From NCBI GenBank assembly GCA_002496725.1, contig DALI01000049.1, forward strand, positions 1,772 to 65,771: a stretch of 64,000 bases of DNA, written 5' to 3'. The translations under genes and the position numbers were made by a program. This DNA comes from Euryarchaeota archaeon UBA181. Its GTDB lineage: Archaea > Thermoplasmatota > Poseidoniia > Poseidoniales > Thalassarchaeaceae. Every line of letters starts with the position of its first letter. Positions within the stretch are counted from its first letter, which is position 1. Positions 56,632 through 64,000 of the stretch are shown here, one piece after another. The notes under the pieces were generated by a model. It was given only the letters and a program-made list of their open reading frames with translations. It was not told where the DNA came from and ran no database searches.

Positions 56632-57420
56632 ATGCTTAATCACAGAATGTTGAATAGTGTAGAGTCCCGGAAATCAACTGAGACGAGTATGCCGGACGAG
56701 GAAGAAGCTGGAGTAGCGCCCAATGGAATGCCTTTGCCCCCCCCTCCGCCAGGCATCAATTTCCCGCCACCTCCACCTTTGCCACCTCCGCCGCCGCCTC
56801 CAATGAATGAAACGCCCTCTTCCGACGACCCGTCTTCCACAGATGAAGAAATTGAATCTGACAACTCTAACGATTTCCACACTCACTGGGAGAAGAGGAA
56901 GTCAGATGGCGAAGCACCAGATGTAGGAAGTAGGGACAGCATGTATGGGCATATCGATAGGATTTCTTCGGGACAGGTTGGTTCACTGATGGACAGATTC
57001 TCTGACAGGTTCGGGTCAGAATTAGATCGTGAGATAATCGTCCTTAGGAAAAAGCAACAACAGGATCTTCTCGCCATTAAGCCGACGGTTGAACTAATTT
57101 CATCCCCTGAGATGGACGAAGTCGATGATACGGAAGAATCTGATTCTTCTTCTGAATTATTTAGCTCATTTTTTGATGTTGTGAACAACTTACTGGGAGA
57201 TATGGAAGAAGATTTCATAGACAATTTCGTATCATCAGATGACTTTCCATTATTTCAGAGAGTTGGAGAATCGCCTTTAGAATCAGACGAAGAAACTCGT
57301 GCAGAGTTTTTCTCCATGATTAATCGAGTCTTAGGTGAGCTTCCAGAGGACAAGATTGAAGATTTCGTTTCTTCCCCGGGATTCGAAATATACCAAGAAA
57401 TGGGCGAGATATATTCCTAA
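56632..57420 (+). CDS. Hypothetical acidic protein with a polyproline tract and a C-terminal tandem repeat of about 40 aa.
   Basis: PLPPPPPGINFPPPPPLPPPPPPP. Repeat 1 is ELFSSFFDVVNNLLGDMEEDFIDNFVSSDDFPLFQRVGE; repeat 2 is AEFFSMINRVLGELPEDKIEDFVSSPGFEIYQEMGE. Confidence 0.45.
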   Translation: MLNHRMLNSVESRKSTETSMPDEEEAGVAPNGMPLPPPPPGINFPPPPPLPPPPPPPMNETPSSDDPSSTDEEIESDNSNDFHTHWEKRKSDGEAPDVGSRDSMYGHIDRISSGQVGSLMDRFSDRFGSELDREIIVLRKKQQQDLLAIKPTVELISSPEMDEVDDTEESDSSSELFSSFFDVVNNLLGDMEEDFIDNFVSSDDFPLFQRVGESPLESDEETRAEFFSMINRVLGELPEDKIEDFVSSPGFEIYQEMGEIYS

Positions 57421-57443
57421 AAATAAAATATTGAGGTGCAAAC

Positions 57444-58268
57444 ATGGGATTACTAGAGAAGGCAGGGAAGATTTCAGACGAAGAGAAGAAAGAAGAGCCA
57501 GCACCAGTCGCTACTCCAGTTAAGGCGGATCCAGCACCAGTTACAAAAAAATCGAAGGCTTCAAGGAAAAAAAGTGCGAAGGCCCCCAAGAAAGTAGCTC
57601 CAAAGAAACCCAAGAAAACCAGGGCAAAGAGGCCGAAATCAGAACCCAAAGTCATACCTGAAGGGTTTGAGGAAGTTGTTGGTGCCAGGAGTTCTCTGAG
57701 GTTATTCATAGACTTCTCTGTCAATTTCGGTTTCATAATAGCAATATTCGTTGCTTTCGCGCTAATTGAGATTCCTACGACATTATTTCTCTCTGTAGCA
57801 TTACTTCTTTCCATCTTCAATTTGATAATAATGCCAATCAGGTTCAAACGCTCTATGGGGAATGTTATTTCCCGTACTCAGTTCATCAATTCAAGAGGTG
57901 ATAATGCAACATTCATTTATCATTCAATGAAAAATACCACACTTGCTTCCTATTTCATATTCCTGCTAGGTGTATTCTTCGGAATTTCTATGCTTGGGGA
58001 CAGCTCTGGAATCGAGGGTGGAGACTTTATGAATGCGTTCATAGCGATCTGTCTATCTACAATTTTGATCCCGCTTTTAGATTATATTTTCAGAAGGACA
58101 AGGGAAGACTCAATGGGCCTCTGGGAAGTTGCATTTGGAGGGATTTGGCTGGCTAAGGCGACTTCATCTCCAAGTGATAACTCGAAATCGAGATTCATGC
58201 AGAGGCTAGAATCGATGGCCGACTATGCTGAGTCTAGAGTTGATCTTGATGACGAGACTGAGGACTAA
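57444..58268 (+). CDS. Membrane protein with a Lys/Ala/Pro-rich (histone-H1-like) N-terminal tail and an RDD-like 3-TM domain.
   Basis: KKSKASRKKSAKAPKKVAPKKPKKTRAKRPK, then three hydrophobic helices and a conserved R...D pattern. Confidence 0.45.
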   Translation: MGLLEKAGKISDEEKKEEPAPVATPVKADPAPVTKKSKASRKKSAKAPKKVAPKKPKKTRAKRPKSEPKVIPEGFEEVVGARSSLRLFIDFSVNFGFIIAIFVAFALIEIPTTLFLSVALLLSIFNLIIMPIRFKRSMGNVISRTQFINSRGDNATFIYHSMKNTTLASYFIFLLGVFFGISMLGDSSGIEGGDFMNAFIAICLSTILIPLLDYIFRRTREDSMGLWEVAFGGIWLAKATSSPSDNSKSRFMQRLESMADYAESRVDLDDETED

Positions 58269-59324
58269 TCACTCATTCTCTTCAATCCTCTGCTTGGCTA
58301 ACTCACGCATATCTTCGTGATGTACCCCTCCGTCTATCGCTTCTTGGTCAGACTCATCAACAATCTCGACCCCAAGGAGCGTCTCAATGACATCCTCCAT
58401 AGTGACGAGTCCCTCAGTGCCTCCGAACTCATCTTCAACGATCAGTATCTGTGACTTGGTCTCCAAGAGAATATCCAACGCCCTATCTACAGAATCGTCA
58501 TGCTTACAGACGTTTACCGGCCTACATATCTCTGACATCTTCTTATCATAGTCATCAACTGCCGCTCTCCTTAGTATCTCACTCCTTAGAACCACTCCTC
58601 TGAGATCATCGATATTGCCGCCAGTAACTGGCATCCTTCCATGAATCATTATTGGAATCCTCTCTAAAACATCAGACACCGTATCATCTGTTGATACTGA
58701 TGTAACGACTACTCTTGGAGTCATGATGTCACTAACCATTATTTCCCTGAGTCTTAGTAAGTTCTGGATAACTGCCTCCTCGTCCTCTTCGATTACGTCT
58801 GTCTCTTCGGCGATATCGGCCAATACCGATAGTTCATCTCTTGTCACCGTCTCTGTTTCTACTGCTGGTAAGAGCGATCTCGTTATCTCTATTGGTTTCA
58901 CTATTATCCACAGTGCGAACATCATTCCCTTCAGCACTCTAGCCGAGGGTACAGTGAGCTTCCTCCAATACAACGCACCTATTGTTTTTGGAAGTATTTC
59001 ACTGAGTAGTAGTATTGCCAACGTCAAAACTGCCGCCGCTGCATGTACAATCATTCCGCCGCCAAATTGTGTTTGGACTTCTGCCCCCACACCTAACGCT
59101 CCGACTGTGTGCGCTATTGTATTCAGGGTGAGAATAGCTGTCAGTGGCCTTTCTGGATCGTCTTTCCACTGTGACCATAAGTCGCTTACCTTCGGATGAG
59201 TATCTTTCAGGGCCGCTATATGTCCATGGCTCGTCGACAGTAGAACCGCTTCGAGAATGCTGCATAAGAATGAGGCTCCAAGGGCTAAGCCAGAGTAGGC
59301 TAAAATTAGTGTGTAGTCTACCAA
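58269..59324 (-). CDS. CNNM/CorC-family transporter: DUF21 transmembrane domain plus a CBS pair.
   Basis: 4-TM DUF21 N-terminus, CBS pair (IMVSDIMTPRVVV..., ...GLVTMEDVIETLLG) and acidic C-terminus. Confidence 0.7.
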   Translation of the reverse strand: MVDYTLILAYSGLALGASFLCSILEAVLLSTSHGHIAALKDTHPKVSDLWSQWKDDPERPLTAILTLNTIAHTVGALGVGAEVQTQFGGGMIVHAAAAVLTLAILLLSEILPKTIGALYWRKLTVPSARVLKGMMFALWIIVKPIEITRSLLPAVETETVTRDELSVLADIAEETDVIEEDEEAVIQNLLRLREIMVSDIMTPRVVVTSVSTDDTVSDVLERIPIMIHGRMPVTGGNIDDLRGVVLRSEILRRAAVDDYDKKMSEICRPVNVCKHDDSVDRALDILLETKSQILIVEDEFGGTEGLVTMEDVIETLLGVEIVDESDQEAIDGGVHHEDMRELAKQRIEENE

Positions 59325-59434
59325 CTATCTTTCCTCACATTTAGCGAAATTTAAACACGCGCGCAACACGAATGACTGCTCCTGAACCTCTTACGACCGA
59401 TTGCGACATAAATAGGTGACTGACCGCTAGACAT

Positions 59435-61636
59435 ATGTCGCAGGCCGAATATGTCACCATTTTCATGGCGTGGCCTTATGTGAACGCCCCCCTACATCTG
59501 GGTCACGTAGCTGGAAACTGCTTACCTGCGGATATTCAATACAGGTACGAAAGGGCCAGAGGCAGAAGGGTATTGATGTGCAGTGGCTCCGATGAGCACG
59601 GTACTCCAATAACAATCACGGCTGAGCAACTAGGCGTCTCTCCCCAAGAGGTCGTGGACAAATATCATGATCTTGCTTTGAAATCCCTTACTGACTTAGG
59701 TTGTGCATGGACTCAGAATGTTGATAGAAGAGGGATAGAATACGGCGGTGCATTGTATAACAGAACCTCTGACTCAAGACACAAAGAACTTGTCCGTGAT
59801 GTTTTCTCAGATTTACTTGAGTCAGAACTTCTAGTTAAGCAGACAATGAAGCAATATTGTTCTATTTCAGGTGAAAATATTAGATTCCTTCCAGACAGGT
59901 ATGTGGAAGGAACATGCCCGGTTTGTGAAGCGGCTGGTGCTAGGGGGGACCAATGTGATGAATGTGGGTCAACTTATGAGGCCCATGAGCTAATCAGTCC
60001 GTTCTCTAAGCTTGACCCTGAAGCAACTATTGAGGTCAGGGATACAGATCATTTCTTCTTTAGATTAGATATGTTTCAGGAAAGCTTAGAGAAGCACTCT
60101 TCCTTGAGAGATTCTGTTTGGAAGCCCAATGTTAGATCCATGACAAGAAACTGGCTCAATATGGGCCTCAGGCCTAGAGCTGTAACAAGGGATATTGAGT
60201 GGGGGATAGACCTTCCCCTAGAGGGTTCTGAATGGTCTTCAAAGAGTATCTATGTCTGGTTCGAGGCAGTTCAGGGCTATTACACATGTGCGAGAATTTG
60301 GTCTGAAAGGTTTGCCGCGAGTAACAATCACCCAGATGGTAAATCAGCATGGGAGAATTGGTGGAGAAAATCCAAGGATGGAAAGTCTCCGAGACATATC
60401 TACTTCATGGGTAAAGATAACATTCCATTCCATACTGTAATCTGGCCAGCACTGATTATGGGGATGAATGCTTCAGAAAATAATGCTAGCATTACCAATG
60501 AGATATCTCCTGGCAATCTTGTCCTAGAGTCGAACGTTTCATCCAATGAGTACCTTATGTTGCAAGGAGGGCAGTTCAGCAAGAGTAGAAAGCACGCCGT
60601 ATGGCTTCCTGCATTCTTGGAAAGGTACGATGCCGACTGCTTGAGATATTATCTATCCATCAATATGCCGGAAACACACGATACCGACTTCAAGTGGAGA
60701 GATTTTGTGGAGAGGGTGAATAATGAGTTGATAGGAACTTATGGTAACTTTGTGCATAGAGTGATGACACTAACTCACAGATTATCCAATCAGGATGGAA
60801 ACCCTTTGGTTCCCTATGATAATCTGAACGATCATTCCGATTTAATTTCATCTTGCCAAGAGTTGATCTCTTCAGCCATAAACTCAATGGAAAGACAGAG
60901 ATTCAAAGAGGCTCTAAGGTCAATAATGTCTATCGCACAGCTAGGAAATCAACTTCTCCAGCACGCCGCCCCTTGGAAGCATCTTAACTCTGAAGAGTCT
61001 CCAGAGAAGAGTCATTCCCTCTCTGCTCTTGCAATGTCTTGGAGACTTTGTAGAACCCTGGCAATATGCACTATGCCCTTCATGCCGTTCCAATCTGAGA
61101 GGGTATGGCAAATGTTGGGAGGGTCCGATGATTTGGAAAATACACTCTGGGATGATGCCCTTGACTTCACTGGAGATATGGGTTGGAATGAATCTAGTCC
61201 CGAACCCCTATTCTCAAGGTTAGATCTTGATGAAATATTAACTTATGAGATGTCTCTAGCCAATGATATTAGTGATGACCCCCTCGAGAATGATGATAAG
61301 GAGGGCGGTTACATAGATTTTGAAGATTTCATGAAGGTTGAAATGAAGACTGGAAAGGTAATTTCTGTCGAAGAGCACCCCAATGCAGACAAGCTGTATG
61401 TAGTAACAATCCAAGATGGCCCAGATTCCACTAGAACGGTTTGTGCAGGTCTAAAAGAGCATTATGATCCTAGTGATTTAGAGGGCCTTAATGTCATATT
61501 CGTAGCTAATCTCGAGCCAAGAAAACTAAGAGGCGTATTGTCTGAAGGAATGCTTCTTGCCGCAGATGATGGAGATGGAAATGTCAGTATTCTGACCACA
61601 AAAGGAGAAATTGAATCTGGATCCACGGTAAGATAA
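59435..61636 (+). CDS. metG: Methionyl-tRNA synthetase with a C-terminal EMAP/tRNA-binding domain.
   Basis: HLGH (PLHLGHVAGN), Zn knuckle CPVCEA...CDECG, KMSKS variant FSKSRK, and a C-terminal OB-fold (LYVVTIQDG). Confidence 0.9.
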   Translation: MSQAEYVTIFMAWPYVNAPLHLGHVAGNCLPADIQYRYERARGRRVLMCSGSDEHGTPITITAEQLGVSPQEVVDKYHDLALKSLTDLGCAWTQNVDRRGIEYGGALYNRTSDSRHKELVRDVFSDLLESELLVKQTMKQYCSISGENIRFLPDRYVEGTCPVCEAAGARGDQCDECGSTYEAHELISPFSKLDPEATIEVRDTDHFFFRLDMFQESLEKHSSLRDSVWKPNVRSMTRNWLNMGLRPRAVTRDIEWGIDLPLEGSEWSSKSIYVWFEAVQGYYTCARIWSERFAASNNHPDGKSAWENWWRKSKDGKSPRHIYFMGKDNIPFHTVIWPALIMGMNASENNASITNEISPGNLVLESNVSSNEYLMLQGGQFSKSRKHAVWLPAFLERYDADCLRYYLSINMPETHDTDFKWRDFVERVNNELIGTYGNFVHRVMTLTHRLSNQDGNPLVPYDNLNDHSDLISSCQELISSAINSMERQRFKEALRSIMSIAQLGNQLLQHAAPWKHLNSEESPEKSHSLSALAMSWRLCRTLAICTMPFMPFQSERVWQMLGGSDDLENTLWDDALDFTGDMGWNESSPEPLFSRLDLDEILTYEMSLANDISDDPLENDDKEGGYIDFEDFMKVEMKTGKVISVEEHPNADKLYVVTIQDGPDSTRTVCAGLKEHYDPSDLEGLNVIFVANLEPRKLRGVLSEGMLLAADDGDGNVSILTTKGEIESGSTVR

Positions 61637-61643
61637 TCTCTAT

Positions 61644-62210
61644 TCATAATGGCTTGTCAAAGAATTCCCACTGTAAATTAGCTAATTCTTCATTAGTTTC
61701 GGCCTCTGCATATGCATCAAGGGGAACTCTATTCAATTCTAGAAAGGTTTCACCATAAGGCAGGCAGGATAGTATTCTTCTTGCTTGCTCTTTCCTTCCC
61801 AGAATATGTAATGATGAAGCGAAAGCTTCTGCTGTAGAGAGCCTACCGGGTTTACCCCATGATATTGGGTTTGCCGCTAGTAGCACTGGAAGCGTTCTGC
61901 CTTCCAACTTCGTATACTTAGAAATCGAGTCCAATGATTCTTCAAGCTTCTTCCATGAACAATCCAGTGCAACTATGGCCCCACCTCTTGATATTGTTCT
62001 CAAATCATCCGGGCCCATCAATATCCCACTCGAAGGATCAAGTAAGAATCCCCTTCTTGGCGCCCCTCGAGTTCTTTTATGCAGTATTACATGCCCATTC
62101 TTGGACAGTCTCCTAGCACTGCACTTCTTGGGGTCGTCCTGATCGAGGTGTATGACATGCAGAGGGATGTCCTCCAGATCATTCTTTGGCGAGGAACTCA
62201 TCAAGTGCAT
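61644..62210 (-). CDS. tsr3: Tsr3-like 16S rRNA aminocarboxypropyltransferase (DUF367).
   Basis: HVIHLDQDDPKKCSARRL and ...VALDCSW motifs. 188 aa. Confidence 0.55.
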   Translation of the reverse strand: MHLMSSSPKNDLEDIPLHVIHLDQDDPKKCSARRLSKNGHVILHKRTRGAPRRGFLLDPSSGILMGPDDLRTISRGGAIVALDCSWKKLEESLDSISKYTKLEGRTLPVLLAANPISWGKPGRLSTAEAFASSLHILGRKEQARRILSCLPYGETFLELNRVPLDAYAEAETNEELANLQWEFFDKPL

Positions 62211-62664
62211 CTCCTATTGTCAAGCCTCTGCTAGTAGGGGTTTTGACAGATCTCTCAGGTTCTGAAAGTCCGTCCTCGAAAAGAGTGATATCAAGTGCCT
62301 TTTCTATCTTCTTGAGTACTGAATCAGAGGGCTGAACGCCAGCCTCGGCCTTCTGGACATCATTTAGTCGAAGGTTCATTCTCTTAGCTAAATCACGTGT
62401 ACTCCATCCCTTCGACTCTCTGGCCACCTTAATTCTAGAGTGAAAATTTAGGGCTACTTCCTTCTCCGTCTTGGAGATATTTCGCGTATATGTCCTAGTT
62501 CTTTCCGCTTCCGTACTAACATTTGTAGAAACATGTGTTCTTCTTTCTAAAACTGTTAGATTATTGGATTCGATGCATCTTGGGCAACATCTAAGTTTCG
62601 CACCAGAAATTTCTGAAAGCAATGTCGAAACCCTATCTGTCCCACACATCTCACATGTACCCAT
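62179..62664 (-). CDS. mbf1: Multiprotein-bridging factor aMBF1 (zinc ribbon plus HTH_XRE). Start taken at MGTCEMCG; the track ORF has an 87-codon stop-free upstream extension.
   Basis: CEMCG...CCPRC zinc ribbon, then an HTH (SKGWSTRDLAKRMNLRLNDVQKAEAG). Confidence 0.6.
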   Translation of the reverse strand: MGTCEMCGTDRVSTLLSEISGAKLRCCPRCIESNNLTVLERRTHVSTNVSTEAERTRTYTRNISKTEKEVALNFHSRIKVARESKGWSTRDLAKRMNLRLNDVQKAEAGVQPSDSVLKKIEKALDITLFEDGLSEPERSVKTPTSRGLTIGDALDEFLAKE

Positions 62665-62734
62665 GGTAACTCCACGCAAGCACTCCAACATATGGGTTGG
62701 GGTTATTTGAAATGAAATACCCCTTGCGTGGCAT

Positions 62735-63949
62735 ATGGCTACAGGTTCTGAAACGCATCGCTCAGATGATATTCCATCTAGCTCAGCTATTTCCAACTTA
62801 CAATCAGAAATGAAGGATCTCTCTGAAACTGCCCAGCAATTACTCACAGATAAGCTTCTTTTGGAAAATGAAATTACACAGGTAAAGAAAAGAGCTAGCA
62901 GACTTGAAGATGAGATTCGCAATCTTAGAACCCCTCCTATGATAATTGGTCACTTGCAAGACCTGACAGAAGATGGCGCCATAGTAAGAAGCTCCAATGG
63001 TACTGTATTCCTAGTCTCGGTAAATCCTAGAATAGACAAGTCTCTTCTAATTCCAGGGTCGAGAGTCGCACTAAATCAAGATACACTTTCCGTGATTGAG
63101 GTTATGTCCGACTCTTGGGATCCATTGGTAGTGACTTCGGAGATCATCGAAAAACCATCAGTCACATACGATGACATAGGAGGCCTTGAAGATCAAATTC
63201 TCGAGATCCGCGAGGCCGTTGAGCTTTCATTCACCAATCCGGGTGACTTTGAGAAATTTTCAATTGATCCTCCCAAGGGTGTTCTTCTAACTGGGCCACC
63301 TGGAACCGGTAAGACACTTCTGGCGAAAGCTGTGGCCAATTCTACAAATGCTGTTTTCCTAGGACTTGTCGCTTCTGAGCTAGCACAGAAGTATATCGGT
63401 GAAGGAGGAAGACTGGTAAGGGAGATATTTGATTTAGCTCGGAAGAAAGCTCCGGCAATAGTTTTCATAGACGAACTAGATGCAATAGGCTCTAAGAGAC
63501 TTGATGGCTCAACTTCTGGTGATCGAGAGGTTCAAAGAACTCTTATGCAACTACTGTCGGAACTAGATGGTTTTGAGCCTTTAGAAGATGTTAAAATCAT
63601 AGCCGCCACAAATAGGCCAGAGCTTCTCGACGCAGCTCTACTGAGGCCGGGAAGATTTGATAGAATTGTCGAAATCCCCCTTCCAGACGAGGAAGGAAGA
63701 CTATCTATTCTGAATGTACACACTAAGAAAACACCTATATCTAGCAAGATTAGCTTAGAAGATATCGCCTCTAAGACCGAGGGATTTAACGGTGCTGAAA
63801 TCAAGTCTCTAGTTGTGGAAGCTGGCGTGAGTGCCATATCGAAAGGCCGGGATAAAATTTCGAAAGCCGATTTCGATAATTCCTTGGATAAGCTTTCGAA
63901 AAATAAGGAAAAGGGCAAAATCGATAACTCCTCTGGACTTTATGATTGA
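62735..63949 (+). CDS. pan: Proteasome-activating nucleotidase PAN (AAA+ ATPase).
   Basis: N-terminal coiled coil, OB domain, Walker A GPPGTGKT, Walker B IVFIDELD, SRH/arginine finger, and a terminal hydrophobic-Tyr-x tail (..GLYD). Confidence 0.85.
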   Translation: MATGSETHRSDDIPSSSAISNLQSEMKDLSETAQQLLTDKLLLENEITQVKKRASRLEDEIRNLRTPPMIIGHLQDLTEDGAIVRSSNGTVFLVSVNPRIDKSLLIPGSRVALNQDTLSVIEVMSDSWDPLVVTSEIIEKPSVTYDDIGGLEDQILEIREAVELSFTNPGDFEKFSIDPPKGVLLTGPPGTGKTLLAKAVANSTNAVFLGLVASELAQKYIGEGGRLVREIFDLARKKAPAIVFIDELDAIGSKRLDGSTSGDREVQRTLMQLLSELDGFEPLEDVKIIAATNRPELLDAALLRPGRFDRIVEIPLPDEEGRLSILNVHTKKTPISSKISLEDIASKTEGFNGAEIKSLVVEAGVSAISKGRDKISKADFDNSLDKLSKNKEKGKIDNSSGLYD

Positions 63950-64000
63950 TAGGCAATCCTAATCTCTTAATCGCTATCGGACATCATGGGCGAACCACTG

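Noticed and set aside
62665-62922. The 87-codon upstream extension of the MBF1 track ORF.
   Set aside because: aMBF1 proteins begin just before the zinc ribbon. The extension has no features and would overlap the PAN promoter region.
1-64000. Search for tRNA/rRNA genes, CRISPR arrays, IS elements and integrases.
   Set aside because: No T-arm GTTCRANYC with cloverleaf context was found. No regularly spaced direct repeats were found. No transposase or integrase-like ORFs were found. Intergenic spacers are all under 230 nt.

Overview
This 64-kb window looks like a gene-dense archaeal chromosome segment (about 50% GC, short intergenic spacers, many 1–4 nt start/stop overlaps). A euryarchaeal origin is suggested by a PGF-CTERM sorting signal with an archaeosortase-like gene, TiaS, a split transketolase, eIF5A, PAN and PriS; the acidic secreted thrombospondin-repeat protein is reminiscent of marine Thermoplasmatota, but the lineage cannot be confirmed from sequence alone. 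The content is mostly conserved information-processing genes: the psmA–sdo1–rrp4–rrp41–rrp42–rpl37ae–pcc1–pfdB superoperon, S12–S7–EF-2, four aaRS genes (GlyRS, ProRS, MetRS, TiaS), SRP54, RFC large subunit, PriS, PAN, MBF1 and Tsr3. Interleaved are isoprenoid genes (thiolase, IPK, an IDI1–GGPPS fusion, a UbiD-family decarboxylase), futalosine-type menaquinone genes (mqnA, a radical-SAM mqnC/E, mqnD), a trkA–trkH pair, and a giant 1780-aa Lhr-like helicase. A cell-surface module is also present: a PGF-CTERM thrombospondin-repeat protein, an archaeosortase candidate and gmhA–gmhB. No tRNA, rRNA, CRISPR array or obvious mobile element was seen. The most unusual item is a 159-aa half-length homologue of eukaryotic deoxyhypusine hydroxylase (two His-Glu motifs), sitting between mqnA and mqnD in the same window as aIF5A. 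This is a candidate for the so-far unassigned archaeal hypusine hydroxylase acting as a homodimer. Coordinates are 1-based, and starts were adjusted where the ORF track used spurious upstream starts.
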